DNA of 62,853 nucleotides, counting the filler, from Stramenopiles sp. TOSAG23-2 (Eukaryota): the NCBI GenBank assembly GCA_900128395.1. It is 8 parts of 8 records of this genome, joined end to end, with 100 filler letters (N's around TTAATTAATTAA, not from the genome) between each part and the next. Parts side by side here need not be neighbours in the genome. Positions count along the whole stretch, not along the records: positions 11,668 to 23,220 come from LT649920.1; positions 23,321 to 34,866 come from LT649921.1; 6 more parts are not named here. One strand, written 5' to 3'. The stretch's first letter is position 1; each line of letters begins with the position of its first letter. The position numbers were made by a program, and so were the translations under genes. Below the pieces are notes generated by a model. The model did no database searches and was not told the origin of the DNA. It worked only from the letters and a program-made list of their open reading frames with translations. Positions 22,746 through 32,537 of the stretch are shown piece after piece.

Positions 22746-23106
22746 TTGATCGATTGAACCAATCTGGCAATCTAAAATTAAAATCCGCATATATTAAAAC
22801 ACTCCAAAGTTTAAGTAGTTACTAGAAGATCGGTTTTGTTTAAGGAAATTGCCTGAAAACAAAACATAGAATTGCAAAGTGCAATTCATTCCTCTGTAAA
22901 AGATAATATACTATAGTATATATATAATAATAAAAGATACATAGCACCACATACATAGTTATATAATATCTAAGAAACAGGAAGATACTGTAAAGCGGAA
23001 GAAATACACAAATACAGAAAATATTATATAAAAAAATAAGAGAAAAGAGATAGTCATATATATCGATATATATATATACATATTAATATCTATCAGTATA
23101 AATACA

Positions 23107-23220
23107 ATGGCATCGTTAGTTACTGATGATAATCATACAACAACGACGACGACGACGACAAGAAGAAGAACAACAACAACCGAAGCATCTGAAGGAACAC
23201 ATTTTGAAGATTTACCTGGT
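23107..23220 (+). CDS. 5' fragment of a gene truncated at the scaffold end (possible F-box start)
   Basis: Open frame MASLVTDDNH...EGTHFEDLPG running into the linker. Confidence 0.4.
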
Positions 23221-23437
23221 NNNNNNNNNNNNNNNNNNNNNNNNNNNNNNNNNNNNNNNNNNNNTTAATTAATTAANNNNNNNNNNNNNNNNNNNNNNNN
23301 NNNNNNNNNNNNNNNNNNNNAGCATATTACTTTAACACGAGAAGTGTAAAATTATTATAACTTAGATTTTAACCATATATTTATATATTTATATTTTACG
23401 AACGTAAATAATACTGTGTGTGTGTGTAAATTGTTTT

Positions 23438-24421
23438 TTATAGACTCCCTGCAACAACATCAGCTTCTGCCAATTCTTCATTTCTATTTGCTTCTGCCTC
23501 AGCTCGTTCTTTTTGTTCCTCTGGATCATGTTCTAATAAATAATCGAAACGGTTTGCATTGTGAGTATATCCGACTCTATCTTCAAATGCGATGACAACT
23601 TTTCGCAATGATTCTTGATCAATAAATTCATCAAATTGCTCATCAAGTGGATGCCTTATTTTTAAAAGTTCTTTCTTCCTCAATGTCATACTTCGATCCC
23701 AATCTAACCTACGAAACATATCCATGGTTGATCGTAATCGTGTTTTACTATGTCCATGGTCGTAAAGTTTCAATACGTGCAAAACATCGACCAATTCTTT
23801 CTCGCTCCAATGCCCACTGCGATCAACATCCGTCATCGAATGCAATAAGTCTTTTAATACACGCGCTTCAAATGGTTCAAATCGTTTTGGATGAACTCGA
23901 TCCTCCACTGTATGTGGATGCCGCTCGTGTTCAGCAATAATCTCCGATTGCTGCAACCATTGATGTGCACTATGCAATGCATAGTCATGATGGCATTCAG
24001 TATCAAAATCAATATAGCCATCATTATTTTGATCAAAATCTTTCCACACATCATCTATATGAATTGGATGAGGATGTAATTCTGTACCTTTCGTTTCTTC
24101 CATATGTTCATCAACAATCAAATCAACTAAATTAACAAATTCGTCATGTGAAAGTATTCCATCATTGTTTTCATCCGCTTTGTCCAAATTTGCTTTAACA
24201 TGATCCGCAAAATGATGCTCCACAAATTGTTGATGATATGGAGCATGTTTATGCAATAACGATGACTCTCTAGCAGCAAATTCTTTCCCTGCATATCGAT
24301 TATGCGATCTTGCTGCATTGGATGTGTACATTATAAATAACATATTGATGAAGCATATTCTCACGATAAATAATTGTTGCATTGAAGAAGAAAAAATATG
24401 ATTCATTCGTTGTTGTTTCAT
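23438..24421 (-). CDS. His-rich multi-EF-hand protein, probably secretory (calumenin/CREC-like)
   Basis: EF loops DENNDGILSHDEF, DQNNDGYIDFDTE, DVDRSGHWSEKEL, DWDRSMTLRKKEL; hydrophobic N-terminal segment. Confidence 0.8.
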   Translation of the reverse strand: MKQQRMNHIFSSSMQQLFIVRICFINMLFIMYTSNAARSHNRYAGKEFAARESSLLHKHAPYHQQFVEHHFADHVKANLDKADENNDGILSHDEFVNLVDLIVDEHMEETKGTELHPHPIHIDDVWKDFDQNNDGYIDFDTECHHDYALHSAHQWLQQSEIIAEHERHPHTVEDRVHPKRFEPFEARVLKDLLHSMTDVDRSGHWSEKELVDVLHVLKLYDHGHSKTRLRSTMDMFRRLDWDRSMTLRKKELLKIRHPLDEQFDEFIDQESLRKVVIAFEDRVGYTHNANRFDYLLEHDPEEQKERAEAEANRNEELAEADVVAGSL

Positions 24422-24823
24422 GGTATATGTCTTATTAACGTGTATTTAAAAAATAAAAGAAGGAATATATCAGTTGTAACGATCGTATGAAGATATAGAA
24501 CTGGAATTATTAATTTTAATATTGATAAAAATATAGAAAAAATGATTCCTTTGTTCTTTTATTTTTGTGACTTGCAACACTTTACATATTTTAAATATGT
24601 ACAAATGGAGGATATTAAAAAAAATGCAACAAAGTTGCGAGAGCCCTGCTGGGCCTGCCCAGGGCCTGCCTTACGCACTTACGTGCTTACGGGCCTGCTG
24701 GGCCTGCATTATTTTTGGCATTTAAGTATAATATCGTTTAATCGTAGTGTATGTTCTGTCTGTAGGGCTTTTAAGTGATCAAGCTGTATATATAATTTCT
24801 CTTTGACAAAAATGCACAAATGG

Positions 24824-24935
24824 TTGAATCGTAGTGAGTGTTGTGGCGGCGTAAATAAAAAGTGTTGAATCGTAGTGAGTGCTGTGTGGGCGTAAAAAAA
24901 ACGACATCGTAGTGAGTGCTGTGCTGTAGTAAAAT
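24824..24935 (+). repeat. Three degenerate ~40-bp units with core ATCGTAGTGAGTG
   Basis: Core at ~24828, ~24869 and ~24906; flanks also similar to each other. Confidence 0.7.
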
Positions 24936-25169
24936 TTGTGACATTAAGTGCCTGCTGTGTACCTGGGAATTCCTGACATTTGTTTTTTTAGCCCATGCTG
25001 TGTTCATGTATTTTGCAGGTATTTTTTGAATTAAAGTTACCGATACCCTTATGGCATATAGCTTGATAGATTATATTACGTAGCTTAGAATACATTAGTG
25101 ATTACTATAGTAAAGTTTGTTTTAGTAAATATCCTTATTCAATTAGCTCAGCTATCATCTATAACTAAT

Positions 25170-25340
25170 AGCGAGCTAGCTGGGCTAGCTGGGCTAGCTA
25201 GCTACTAGCTTTTTGTGGGCCAAAAAGCCCAGAGAAGATCCGGTCCAGCGTCCAGCGGTCCTCTCTGCACCTCTCTTGGCTATCCAGGCTAGCTAGCTAG
25301 AGCTAGCGCTAGAGCTAGCTAGCTCTATCCCAGCTAGTCG
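25170..25340. repeat. GCTA/AGCT-rich low-complexity palindromic tract
   Basis: Dense gctagctagc and gagctagc runs on both sides of a GC-rich core (gtccagcg twice). Confidence 0.65.
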
Positions 25341-25416
25341 TCTAACGCAAAATAAAAGCTTAGAAATAGGATTACTACTGGTTAAAAGAAGAATTAATAC
25401 ATGTAGGAGGAAATAA

Positions 25417-26553
25417 TTCATTATTACAGGTTTAAATATTGATCAAAATTCATATACTTTTTCATGTATAGTTGAAAATCAAAACGGTGTAAAATCCGTA
25501 GCTAGTGGTAATTCTAATCAGATTAGTAATCAACAACCTGGTGCACCAACGTTTAGTGTGACTGAAGGAGACAAAGAGCTAGTCGTGACTTCTTTGGCAG
25601 CCCCAACCGGTGTTGTAAACCCAAATTTCAAGTGCAAAGCTCTTTTTGGTACGGATGGTAATAAAATAGAACTGATAGCTAGTAATCCTAGTACTACAAT
25701 GACATTTGCCGGCTTAACAAATGGGGAGAGTTACAACATCCAATGTCAATGTGAGAATTCAGCTGGTTACGGCGATTACTCTAATCAAGCTGCAACCAAT
25801 GCAAAAGTCCCATATGGTAAACCTACAAATATAACCACTGCTCCAGTAGTACAACAAGGAGCATCAATTGGTGGTGCTATAACAGTTAGAGTAACAACAC
25901 CACAAGGTAATGGCGCAACGTTGACAGATATCAAATGCATCAGTACACCTGGAAACAAAGTAGGGACTAGGTCCGATACGAATGGATTAACACAGGCAAC
26001 ATATGATATTGTTGTTTCTGGTTTGGATAAGGGTGTTGAAGCTGTTGGTGTGACTATATTTGTTGGCATGTCGGTAGATTATGCATTGCATATGGCTCAT
26101 GGATACCATAGTGCACATGGATCTAATCGTTTCGAGAAAGTGCGCGATGCGTTAACGCATTTGGGAATTAGTATTATTGGTGGTGCCGTTACTACTGCGG
26201 GTGCTGCAGTATTCTTATTTTTTTGCCATATGTACTTGTTCATTCAATTAGGTACTATGATGTTTATGAATACTATCTTGGCTTTGTTCTTCAGTTTGAT
26301 TTTCCTTTCATGTATGTTAATGGTTGGCGGTCCTATGACACACATGTGTGATGTATATGCATGTCTTGGAGCTGTGAAGAGCAAAATATGTGGTTGTGCA
26401 AAGAAGAACAATAAAGTCGGCACAACAATGGTTGTCACACCTAGCTCACCTGTGGAGTTAATAGAGACAGAGAAAGTGTTTATCAAAGAGGATGTAGTAT
26501 CTCCACAGAAGAAAGTTTCAGCTGTCAAGGAGGATGATGATGGTTTCGTTTAA
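25417..26553 (+). CDS. Fibronectin-III repeats joined to the C-terminal transmembrane helices of a Dispatched/Patched-type RND protein; 5'-incomplete, possibly chimeric
   Basis: FN3: ITGLNIDQNSYTFSC, FAGLTNGESYNIQCQCENSAGYG, IVVSGLDK. RND: VEAVGVTIFVGMSVDYALH...RVR-like FEKVRDALTHLGISIIGGAVTT...LFIQLG. The frame is open from 25417 with no ATG start. Confidence 0.6.
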   Translation, partial: FIITGLNIDQNSYTFSCIVENQNGVKSVASGNSNQISNQQPGAPTFSVTEGDKELVVTSLAAPTGVVNPNFKCKALFGTDGNKIELIASNPSTTMTFAGLTNGESYNIQCQCENSAGYGDYSNQAATNAKVPYGKPTNITTAPVVQQGASIGGAITVRVTTPQGNGATLTDIKCISTPGNKVGTRSDTNGLTQATYDIVVSGLDKGVEAVGVTIFVGMSVDYALHMAHGYHSAHGSNRFEKVRDALTHLGISIIGGAVTTAGAAVFLFFCHMYLFIQLGTMMFMNTILALFFSLIFLSCMLMVGGPMTHMCDVYACLGAVKSKICGCAKKNNKVGTTMVVTPSSPVELIETEKVFIKEDVVSPQKKVSAVKEDDDGFV

Positions 26554-26823
26554 GAAGTGTAAAAATTGATGTTCGTTTTAAAATCTAAAAAGTTATAATT
26601 TTATATACCCCTTCATTTTGGTATTCTATATTCTCTTTTCTGAGAATAGAGAGAATATCGACATCCCTAGGTGTGAGATCTGAGATCTTTATCATTAGAT
26701 ATATCATACGACATGGTTAGCATATCATTATGCATTGTACATTATTTGAAGCGAGTGTATTATATGATATCATTTTTAAAAGACGCATTTTCACGAATGA
26801 ATGCAAATATGATGGTTTAGACT

Positions 26824-28251
26824 TTAATCCTCTTCATCATTATCATCCTTTTTCTTATTTCGTCCTCCATTGTTTCCATCTGGCATCCCGGAGCTTATTA
26901 CTTTTGAGCCCTTAACTAAACTTAACTCATAACTTAAATGTTCTAACTTTTTCAAATTGTTCCTTAGCGTAGATATCTTTTTAAACATCCTTGATGGAAC
27001 TTTACCGTTCATGTTAATATGCAATAAGATTTTCGAAACATTCATCACAACTACTCGTGCTTTAGTTACTAATGTTTTATCTCTTCGCGTTGCTGCAGCG
27101 ACGGCAAATCTTCCTACTTCTCCAGTAAAATCTCCTAATCCTCCAAGATATTCATCAAGCGTTAGCTCTGGTATATCTACTCGTATTTCCTTTAAAGATA
27201 AAATTTTATTGGTATCGGTACACTTGAGCCATTCTTCATAGATTCTTCCTTCTGCCCATTCTTCAATCGCATTTGCATATGTACCATTACGTAATGTAGG
27301 CTCTTGTTTTAAATACGTATTAGCAATTTCAATAGCTTTTTGTTTTCCTTCCGCTAATTGTTCTTGTGCTTTTAATATTGATTTTCCACCCCTGTGTAAA
27401 CTGTATACACAATTTTTTCCAAGTTTTTGAATGTCTCGAGATTGCTTGATAACATTTTCACGCAATTGATCATATTCTTTCATTCGATCTTGCAGTCCTT
27501 TAAATTCATCTTTTGAGATTGGAGAATAATTGGTTGGGGAACTAAACTCACTAGCATTATTTTCATTCATCCCTAATGATAATTCATATAAAATATCTTC
27601 CAATCGTTTTTTACAATATTTTACTCCATCGTATTGGCGTCGTATTGGCCCATTCCTGAAATCAAAGTTCATCAATTCTTCCAATATTTCAGTTACCACC
27701 GACTTGCATAATACGACTGATTTAACATCGCCAGCGGTGGCACGTCCGACTGCATATCTTTCTAATTCTTTTGCAAAATGTATAATTCCAATTAAATATT
27801 CCGTATCACTTACATTTAAATTAAAATTACTTGATGATTTCAATGCTTCCAAAGTTATTAAACTTCCATTTCCACTATATAAGAAATTATTTAGTGCAAT
27901 CAAACACACAACGCCAGAAAAACAATCTGTTATTCTATTTTGTTGTCTTAAAATACTATTTTTAATTGGCACAACTAGCAATAATTTTTGGCATAATGAA
28001 ACAATATTACCAATGTCATTACTTTTTAATACCCCCATATGGAATTTTTGCTTGTAAAATTCCATTGTTGGGTTGATTTCATTTGTTAATAAATTAATTT
28101 GTTCTTGCGTTCCACTACGGTCGTTTAATTCTTTTAAGATGGTTTGAATGGTATCTTCCAAGCCACCATCACCATCTTGTAGTGACATCAACTCCGGTGG
28201 TGATGGTGTATACATATTTAATTTTTGGCGTTTGTTTGCCATTTCCGTCAT
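26824..28251 (-). CDS. Translin-TRAX fusion protein (two tandem translin-family domains)
   Basis: Domain 1 is translin-like: EYLIGIIHFAKELERYAVGRATAGD...FRNGPIRRQYDGVKYCKKRLEDILYELSL. Domain 2 is TRAX-like: RENVIKQSRDI...VYSLHR, AIEEWAEG, EYLGGLGDFTGEVGR. Confidence 0.88.
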   Translation of the reverse strand: MTEMANKRQKLNMYTPSPPELMSLQDGDGGLEDTIQTILKELNDRSGTQEQINLLTNEINPTMEFYKQKFHMGVLKSNDIGNIVSLCQKLLLVVPIKNSILRQQNRITDCFSGVVCLIALNNFLYSGNGSLITLEALKSSSNFNLNVSDTEYLIGIIHFAKELERYAVGRATAGDVKSVVLCKSVVTEILEELMNFDFRNGPIRRQYDGVKYCKKRLEDILYELSLGMNENNASEFSSPTNYSPISKDEFKGLQDRMKEYDQLRENVIKQSRDIQKLGKNCVYSLHRGGKSILKAQEQLAEGKQKAIEIANTYLKQEPTLRNGTYANAIEEWAEGRIYEEWLKCTDTNKILSLKEIRVDIPELTLDEYLGGLGDFTGEVGRFAVAAATRRDKTLVTKARVVVMNVSKILLHINMNGKVPSRMFKKISTLRNNLKKLEHLSYELSLVKGSKVISSGMPDGNNGGRNKKKDDNDEED

Positions 28252-28629
28252 ATTAATTTTTTACCTTCCTTACTTTTTGTGTGTCGATATATAAAGTTAG
28301 ACAAATTTCTTTTCTTTTTTATTCTTCAACTCGAATGACGTATATACGTATGATAATAATAATAATAATAATATAGGTTGAACAATTTTCATTTATTTCT
28401 ATATATATTCATTAAATTCAGCACAACAGCTCGAATGAATTATTATAATAATAACCAACAACACACACAGTGAATGGCGTGCAATGTGTGGATGGAGGAA
28501 ATTGTGTTGTGTATATAATAATAATAATAAGCTTTATTACACTATATCTATGAAGTATATATAGTTTTTGGAACATGTTAATAATAAAGAGAAGGCATAT
28601 AAATAAATATATATGTGTAGATAAGAATC

Positions 28630-30459
28630 ATGCAAATTGCATACCATAATAGTAATAATAATAATAACAACAACAAATCTTCATCCAATGAAATTTACAA
28701 AGTTGTTGATAAAAAAATTAAAAATGAAACATCTATAGAAAATTTATTGCATTTGTATAATGTTATTGATTTTCAAAATATCAATAGATGTAATAGTAAA
28801 TTTAAAAATAAATTTACACCCTTTAAAATAAATCAAACAGCATCATCAAATGCAAATATATCGCAACACCCCCTTCCACAAATCAACGCACGTACCAAAG
28901 CATATATAATTGATAATGACCATGATGGGAGAAATGGCCTTATAATATTGCCTCAAGTATTAACAACAATGCAACAAATATATTATTCGTATCACAGTCT
29001 AACCAGCTTATGTGAACCAACAACTGCAAAATCAAATTTGAATAAGAATGAATTTGAACCAAATTTATTTAAAAAATTTGTTGAAAATCATATTGATGAT
29101 GGCAATATTATAAATAAGAAAATGCTTGATTTAAAATGGACTACGCACGGTTATCATTTCAATTGGGATAAGCGAATATACCAAGAACATAATAAAAATG
29201 AATTTCCAACTTCGTTAAATGAATTATCAAAACATATTATTAAATCAACATTTGTTGCAAATAATAATAATAATGATGATGATGATGATTCTATTAATAA
29301 TAAACATTATGGTATACAAGATGATGATAATAATAATAGCAACGTTGACTTCTACCCTGAAGCCAGCATTGTTAATTTTTATTCCAATAAAGGTCGAATG
29401 GGTGGTCATAAAGACGATGTTGAACCAGATCAAACAAGTCCTGTAGTTAGCATTTCATTATGTAATGATGCAATTTTTTTAATTGGTGGTAGTAATAAAC
29501 ATATTGAACCTATACCAATACGATTACGCTCTGGTGATGTGATGATTATGAGTGGTAGTTCACGCAGGGCTGTGCATGGAATTAGTACAATTTTGCAGCA
29601 GACAATTGAACCACATTTATTAAATGGATTGATTGATTATAGTATCTCTCATATAATTAGCAAAAATAATGTCAATCCAAGCTACCAGAAAAGTAGAAAC
29701 GAGGAAAGAAAAGAAAAATTAATGGATTATTTTCAAATTTTAAGAATAAATATTAATGTCAGACAAGTATATGATCGAAGTAGAAAAACAATTGGATTAT
29801 TGAATCAAAGAAAGACAATGATACAACAACAACAAAGAATACTATCACTTGATTTACCAATAAGAAACGTACCATCAACAATTGCAGATCTGAGCAATAG
29901 TACCAAGAACAGAAATATGACATCTACAAGTGATTTACCAGTAAGAAATCTTACAAGTAACTCCTCATCACTTACAACACCCCCTGTTGTTTTTTTAGAT
30001 ATTGATGGAGTTTTAAATTATACAAGATCAAACTCTGAAATTCACTTGGAACCAGAATTAGTACAACGTTTTCGAAAATTACATGATGCAACAAGATTTA
30101 AAATTGTTCTTTCAACTTTTTGGCGTGGTTTTAAAGATTATGTTGAATATATATTGTCCAGAAAAGGATTCCCAAAGGATCAAATCATAGGCACAACTAC
30201 GTTAAATGGTAATCATGCAACCAATACTGCATCCAATCCATTGCGAAAACGTGCGGATGATATTATGGAATATTTAGCTGCAAATCCACATATTAAATCA
30301 TTTGTCATTTTAGATGATCGTATATCTGCATCAAATTCAATTTTAGCAAAACATTTTGTACATACAGTATCAAAGGAAGGGCTTACAGACGAAAAAGCAA
30401 AGGATGCATTGAATATTTTAAACAATCTAACTTGGAATAACACTTCTACAAAATTGTGA
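28630..30459 (+). CDS. ALKBH1: ALKBH1-type AlkB dioxygenase fused to a C-terminal HAD phosphatase (HAD_SAK_2 type)
   Basis: LKWTTHGYHFNWDKRIY, PEASIVNFY...MGGHKD, SISL...AIFLIGG, LRSGDVMIMSG..RRAVHGI, RININVRQV; then VVFLDIDGVLN, KIVLSTFWR, RADDIMEYL...FVILDD. Confidence 0.88.
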   Translation: MQIAYHNSNNNNNNNKSSSNEIYKVVDKKIKNETSIENLLHLYNVIDFQNINRCNSKFKNKFTPFKINQTASSNANISQHPLPQINARTKAYIIDNDHDGRNGLIILPQVLTTMQQIYYSYHSLTSLCEPTTAKSNLNKNEFEPNLFKKFVENHIDDGNIINKKMLDLKWTTHGYHFNWDKRIYQEHNKNEFPTSLNELSKHIIKSTFVANNNNNDDDDDSINNKHYGIQDDDNNNSNVDFYPEASIVNFYSNKGRMGGHKDDVEPDQTSPVVSISLCNDAIFLIGGSNKHIEPIPIRLRSGDVMIMSGSSRRAVHGISTILQQTIEPHLLNGLIDYSISHIISKNNVNPSYQKSRNEERKEKLMDYFQILRININVRQVYDRSRKTIGLLNQRKTMIQQQQRILSLDLPIRNVPSTIADLSNSTKNRNMTSTSDLPVRNLTSNSSSLTTPPVVFLDIDGVLNYTRSNSEIHLEPELVQRFRKLHDATRFKIVLSTFWRGFKDYVEYILSRKGFPKDQIIGTTTLNGNHATNTASNPLRKRADDIMEYLAANPHIKSFVILDDRISASNSILAKHFVHTVSKEGLTDEKAKDALNILNNLTWNNTSTKL

Positions 30460-30783
30460 TGAAGAATTAGTAGAATTAAGGTGTTTATTAATATCGAAAT
30501 ACCATTGTATATAGTATATATAAAACTTAGTTAGTATAGTACCTGGTATAAAAAATAAATAATAAAATAATAATAAAATAATAATAAATAGACCAACAAC
30601 AACAAATGTCGGAGAATTTTGAATTTCATTATACACATATTTCAATTTTATTTTCAGTAACATCTCTACATATACATAGTGTCTCAAAGATAATTTTTTT
30701 CCACATGTAGTTTTAATCCCTTAGCAACCCAAAATAATTGCAAACATTATCATATATATATACATATATACATATACATATAA

Positions 30784-32232
30784 ATGGAACAGTCGGCAAA
30801 CATGAATAGTGATATGAATAACTATAATAATAATAATAATGGCTATAATGAAAATATTGTAGAAAAGAAAATGTTGGTCAATAATAACCACACAACGACG
30901 ACCATTGATAGCAATAACAACAACAGCAACAATACGATCAATAGTAGCATATCGACTATTCGTGTGCCAGTTCATGTAGAGATATGCCAAAAACCAAGTT
31001 CATCGAAAAGTGCAGAGACAATTAAAAAAGCTGTATATGCCTTTTTACAAGATCCAGATGGTATTTTTAACAATGGTCCTATTTTGAATTTTCGTGAAGG
31101 GAATGATATACTTGCTAGAAACGTACAATCTATCAACGTATCTGATATAGACTATGAACAACATAGTGCTGGTGTCCCTGTATGGAAAGCAGATATTAAA
31201 TTGTATGTATACCGTATAAACATCGATGGCGCGAGTGAAGAATACACCGATGAAAGCGAAGAAAGTGTTAGTTCATGTTCACAATGGGTTTTGCCAGCAA
31301 AAGAATTTCATGGGTTATGGGAAAATTTAATTTATGATATTGATATAAAACAATCATTATTACAATATTGTTCCACCGCATTGTTATTTTCAGATCAATC
31401 CGTCAATACAAACATTATTTCATGGAATCGCGTTGTCTTGTTACATGGACCACCTGGTACCGGAAAAACTAGCCTTTGTAAAGCATTAGCACATAAAATT
31501 TCCATACGTTTATCCGATCGTTACCCAAATTCATTGTTATTAGAAATCAATGCACATTCACTTTTTAGTAAATGGTTTTCAGAAAGTGGTAAATTAGTTA
31601 TGAAATTGTTTCAACATATAAATGATTTAGTAGATGATGAGCAAGCATTAGTATGTGTATTGATAGATGAGGTAGAAAGTTTGACTGCTGCGCGTACTGG
31701 TGCAATGTCCGGCTCGGAACCATCCGATGCGATTCGTGTTGTCAATGCACTGTTAACGCAAATCGACCAATTAAAAGAACGAGAAAATGTACTTATATTG
31801 ACAACATCAAATATAAGCGAAGCAATAGATTTAGCATTTGTTGATCGTGCTGATATTAAACAATACATTGGTTTACCAAATGCACAAGCACGTTATGATA
31901 TTTTAGTTTCTTGTGTCAATGAATTGACACGTGTTGGTATTATAAATGGTCAACAATTTTTACGAACATCATCAAACCGTATTACAAATCCAACATCATT
32001 GGAAAACTTATTAATGCAAGTTGCGACATTTGCAGTTGGTTTGTCAGGTAGAAGTTTACGTAAAATACCATTTCAAGCACATGCTTTTTTTTGTAATGGT
32101 GCAAGTAGTATCGATTTACAAACGTATTTAAATGCATTGATGTTAGCTGTGAAAAAAGAATTAAAATCAAGAGTAGATTTATCTAAGAAAGGTGATACAA
32201 GTAGTAGTGGTAGTGTTAATGATAAGAAGTGA
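30784..32232 (+). CDS. TRIP13: PCH2/TRIP13 AAA+ ATPase
   Basis: QWVLPAKEFHGLWENLIYD, NRVVLLHGPPGTGKTSLCKALA, EINAHSLFSKWFSESGKLV, LIDEVESL, SEPSDAIRVVNALLTQID, DLAFVDRADIK, GLSGRSLRKIPF. Confidence 0.97.
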   Translation: MEQSANMNSDMNNYNNNNNGYNENIVEKKMLVNNNHTTTTIDSNNNNSNNTINSSISTIRVPVHVEICQKPSSSKSAETIKKAVYAFLQDPDGIFNNGPILNFREGNDILARNVQSINVSDIDYEQHSAGVPVWKADIKLYVYRINIDGASEEYTDESEESVSSCSQWVLPAKEFHGLWENLIYDIDIKQSLLQYCSTALLFSDQSVNTNIISWNRVVLLHGPPGTGKTSLCKALAHKISIRLSDRYPNSLLLEINAHSLFSKWFSESGKLVMKLFQHINDLVDDEQALVCVLIDEVESLTAARTGAMSGSEPSDAIRVVNALLTQIDQLKERENVLILTTSNISEAIDLAFVDRADIKQYIGLPNAQARYDILVSCVNELTRVGIINGQQFLRTSSNRITNPTSLENLLMQVATFAVGLSGRSLRKIPFQAHAFFCNGASSIDLQTYLNALMLAVKKELKSRVDLSKKGDTSSSGSVNDKK

Positions 32233-32537
32233 AAAGGTGAACACACACACACAACAACAAAAAAAATTTTTGAATTTTGAAGAGCGAGGGATTTTATAGA
32301 ATAGAGTATTTACAAGATTTAAAGATTTTTAATATTATTATACCATACACATATCACTATATTAATACATAATTTTATAAACTTGAAAAATAATATCATA
32401 TATACTCTACACTTCGAATCTCTCGTGTATACACATATACTTATATATATTTAAATTTAACATTTCTCTTTTTATCCCAATTATACATATATATACATGC
32501 GCCGGGCAATAGACATCTTTTTAAATAATTATCTGTT

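Noticed and set aside
24824-24935. Repeat-spacer-like pattern as a CRISPR array
   Set aside because: Only three short cores, the 'spacers' resemble each other, there are no cas genes, and the context is eukaryotic.
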